Assembly: GCA_047495785.1 (NCBI GenBank)
Contig: JBLDXI010000074.1
Location: forward strand, 1,550,001 to 1,614,000
From: Lepidodermella squamata
Taxonomy: Eukaryota; Animalia; Gastrotricha
Direction of reading: 5' to 3'
Length of the DNA stretch: 64,000 bases
Shown: piece after piece, positions 61,201 through 64,000 of the stretch
Position numbering within the stretch: position 1 is the first letter of the stretch
How the letters are laid out: each line of letters begins with the position of its first letter
Notes under the pieces: generated by a model
The model's input: the letters and a program-made list of their open reading frames with translations, nothing else
Told to the model about the DNA's origin: nothing
Databases searched by the model: none
Position numbers and translations under genes: made by a program

Positions 61201-64000
61201 CAGGCTATTCGCGGCCATTGCAGCTGACCGGTATTCCGCTGCCAGCCACAGAATGCTGGAATCGCTGTATTCACCCTTGTACGCATCGCCACGAATCGGC
61301 ATCGTGCCCAAACCAGCCGATTCGGGCATTTTCGCGCTTCATTGGTTAGTGGCAGCAAGCGCAAACGCGTTGGCAGGCTATTCGCGGCCATTGCAGCTGA
61401 CCGGTATTCCGCTGCCAGCCAAAGAATGCTGGAATCGCTGTATTCACCCTTGTACGCATCGCCACGAATCGGCATCGTGCCCAAACCAGCCGAATCGGGC
61501 ATATTCGCGCTTCATTCGGTAGTGGCAGCAAGCGCAAACGCGTTGGCAGGCTATTCGCGGCCATTGCAGCTGACCGGTATTCCGCTGCCAGCCAAAGAAT
61601 GCTGGAATCGCTGTATTCACCCTTGTACGCATCGCCACGAATCGGCATCGTGCCCAAACCAGCCGATTCGGGCATTTTCGCGCTTCATTCGTTAGTGGCA
61701 GCAAGCGCAAACGCGTTGGCAGGCTATTCGCGGCCATTGCAGCTGACCGGTATTCCGCTGCCAGCCAAAGAATGCTGGAATCGCTGTATTCACCCTTGTA
61801 GGCATCGCCACGAATCGGCATCGTGCCCAAACCAGCCGATTCGGGCATTTTCGCGCTTCATTCGTTAGTGGCAGCAAGCGCAAACGCGTTGGCAGGCTAT
61901 TCGCGGCCATTGCAGCTGACCGGTATTCCGCTGCCAGCCAAGGAAGGTTGGAATCGCTGTATTCACCCTTGTACGCATCGCCACGAATCGGCATCGTGCC
62001 CAAACCAGCCGATTCGGGCATTTTCGCGCTTCATTCGTTAGTGGCAGCAAGCGCAAACGCGTTGGCAGGCTATTCGCGGCCATTGCAGCTGACCGGTATT
62101 CTGCTGCCAGCCAAAGAATGCTGGAATCGCTGTATTCACCCTTGTACGCATCGCCACGAATCGGCATCGTGCCCAAACCAGCCGATTCGGGCATTTTCGC
62201 GCTTCATTCGTTAGTGGCAGCAAGCGCAAACGCGTTGGCAGGCTATTCGCGGCCATTGCAGCTGACCGGTATTCCGCTGCCAGCCAAAGAATGCTGGAAT
62301 CGCTGTATTCACCCTTGTACGCATCGCCACGAATCGGCATCGTGCCCAAACCAGCCGATTCGGGCATTTTCGCGCTTCATTCGTTAGTGGCAGCAAGCGC
62401 AAACGCGTTGGCAGGCTATTCGCGGCCATTGCAGCTGACCGGTATTCCGCTGCCAGCCACAGAATGCTGGAATCGCTGTATTCACCCTTGTACGCATCGC
62501 CACGAATCGGCATCGTGCCCAAACCAGCCGATTCGGGCATTTTCGCGCTTCATTGGTTAGTGGCAGCAAGCGCAAACGCGTTGGCAGGCTATTCGCGGCC
62601 ATTGCAGCTGACCGGTATTCCGCTGCCAGCCAAAGAATGCTGGAATCGCTGTATTCACCCTTGTACGCATCGCCACGAATCGGCATCGTGCCCAAACCAG
62701 CCGAATCGGGCATATTCGCGCTTCATTCGGTAGTGGCAGCAAGCGCAAACGCGTTGGCAGGCTATTCGCGGCCATTGCAGCTGACCGGTATTCCGCTGCC
62801 AGCCACAGAAGGCTGGAATCGCTGTATTCACCCTTGTACGCATCGCCACGAATCGGCATCGTGCCCAAACCACCCGATTCGGGCATTTTCGCGCTTCATT
62901 CGTTAGTGGCAGCAAGCGCAAACGCGTTGGCAGGCTATTCGCGGCCATTGCAGCTGACCGGTATTCCGCTGCCAGCCAAAGAATGCTGGAATCGCTGTAT
63001 CCACCCTTGTACGCATCGCCACGAATCGGCATCGTGCCCAAACCAGCCGATTCGGGCATTTTCGCGCTTCATTCGTTAGTGGCAGCAAGCGCAAACGCGT
63101 TGGCAGGCTATTCGCGTCCATTGCAGCTGACCCGTATTCCGCTGCCAGCCACAGAAGGCTGGAATCACTGTATTCACCCTTGTACGCATCGCTACGAATC
63201 GGCATCGTGCCCAAACCAGCCGAATCAGGCATATTCGCGCTTCATTCGGTAGCGGCAGCAAGCGCAAACGCGTTGGCAGGCTATTCGCGGCCATTGCAGC
63301 TGACCGGTATTCCGCTGCCAGCCAAAGAATGCTGGAATCGCTGTATTCACCCTTGTACGCATCGCCACGAATCGGCATCGTGCCCAAACCAGCCGATTCG
63401 GGCATATTCGCGCTTCATTCGGTAGCGGCAGCAAGCGCAAACGCGTTGGCAGGCTATTCGCGGCCATTGCAGCTGACCGGTATTCCGCTGCCAGCCAAAG
63501 AATGCTGGAATCGCTGTATTCACCCTTGTACGCATCGCCACGAATCGGCATCGTGCCCAAACCAGCCGATTCGGGCATATTCGCGCTTCATTCGGTAGCG
63601 GCAGCAAGCGCAAACGCGTTGGCAGGCTATTCGCGGCCATTGCAGCTGACCGGTATTCCGCTGCCAGCCAAAGAATGCTGGAATCGCTGTATTCACCCTT
63701 GTACGCATCGCTACGAATCGGCATCGTGCCCAAACCAGCCGAATCAGGCATATTCGCGCTTCATTCGGTAGCGGCAGCAAGCGCAAACGCGTTGGCAGGC
63801 TATTCGCGGCCATTGCAGCTGACCGGTATTCCGCTGCCAGCCAAAGAAGGTTGGAATCGCTGTATTCACCCTTGTACGCATCGCCACGAATCGGCATCGT
63901 GCCCAAACCAGCCGATTCGGGCATTTTCGCGCTTCATTCGTTAGTGGCAGCAAGCGCATACGCGTTGGCAGGCTATTCGCGGCCATTGCAGCTGACCGGT
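43231..64000. repeat. 173-bp tandem satellite array, ~120 monomers, GC-rich, open at the window end; candidate centromeric or pericentromeric satellite
   Basis: The monomer GCATCGCCACGAATCGGCATCGTGCCCAAACCAGCCGATTCGGGCATTTTCGCGC...TTCACCCTTGTAC repeats in exact 173-bp register (43510 to 63924 = 118 x 173). It begins with the same 48-bp leader as at 40171. Confidence 0.98.

Noticed and set aside
43253-63986. Hundreds of 70-150 aa ORFs (MPESAGLGTMP..., MLESLYSPLY...) resembling a tandem gene family
   Set aside because: They are translations of the 173-bp satellite. 173 is not a multiple of 3, frames rotate each monomer, and the ORFs appear on both strands.
43231-64000. CRISPR-like array, tRNA/5S tandem genes, or CENP-B box
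   Set aside because: There are no unique spacers. I could not fit a cloverleaf, A/B boxes or 5S similarity, and found no TTCG-n4-A-n2-CGGG match on either strand by eye.

Overview
Eukaryotic (invertebrate-like) genomic DNA with short, AT-rich introns (mostly about 50-75 nt) and GC/CpG-rich exons. The first 31 kb is gene-bearing. It holds a terminal Ly6/three-finger exon, a 12-exon gene for a ~2250-aa secreted protein (14 Sushi/CCP domains plus a degenerate vWA domain), and a minus-strand multi-exon gene invisible to the ORF track (secreted, Gln/Tyr- and Thr-rich, galaxin-like di-Cys repeats, probable micro-exons). It also holds a fatty acyl-CoA reductase and a class II POU (Oct1/2/nubbin-type) gene. 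The POU gene has a ~265-aa POU linker and five perfect octamer sites just upstream. The 31.7-40 kb interval is dense in transposon debris: MITEs, RTE-LINE ends and an internally deleted Harbinger with TIRs and TSD. From 40.2 kb to the window end runs a 173-bp satellite (~120 monomers, no net indels, with higher-order repeats), a candidate (peri)centromere edge. Its unique 48-bp head and first monomers occur twice, on either side of a 5'-deleted LINE, which suggests a LINE-satellite composite unit. All gene models are hand-derived from splice signals and reading-frame continuity; none is confirmed by transcripts.
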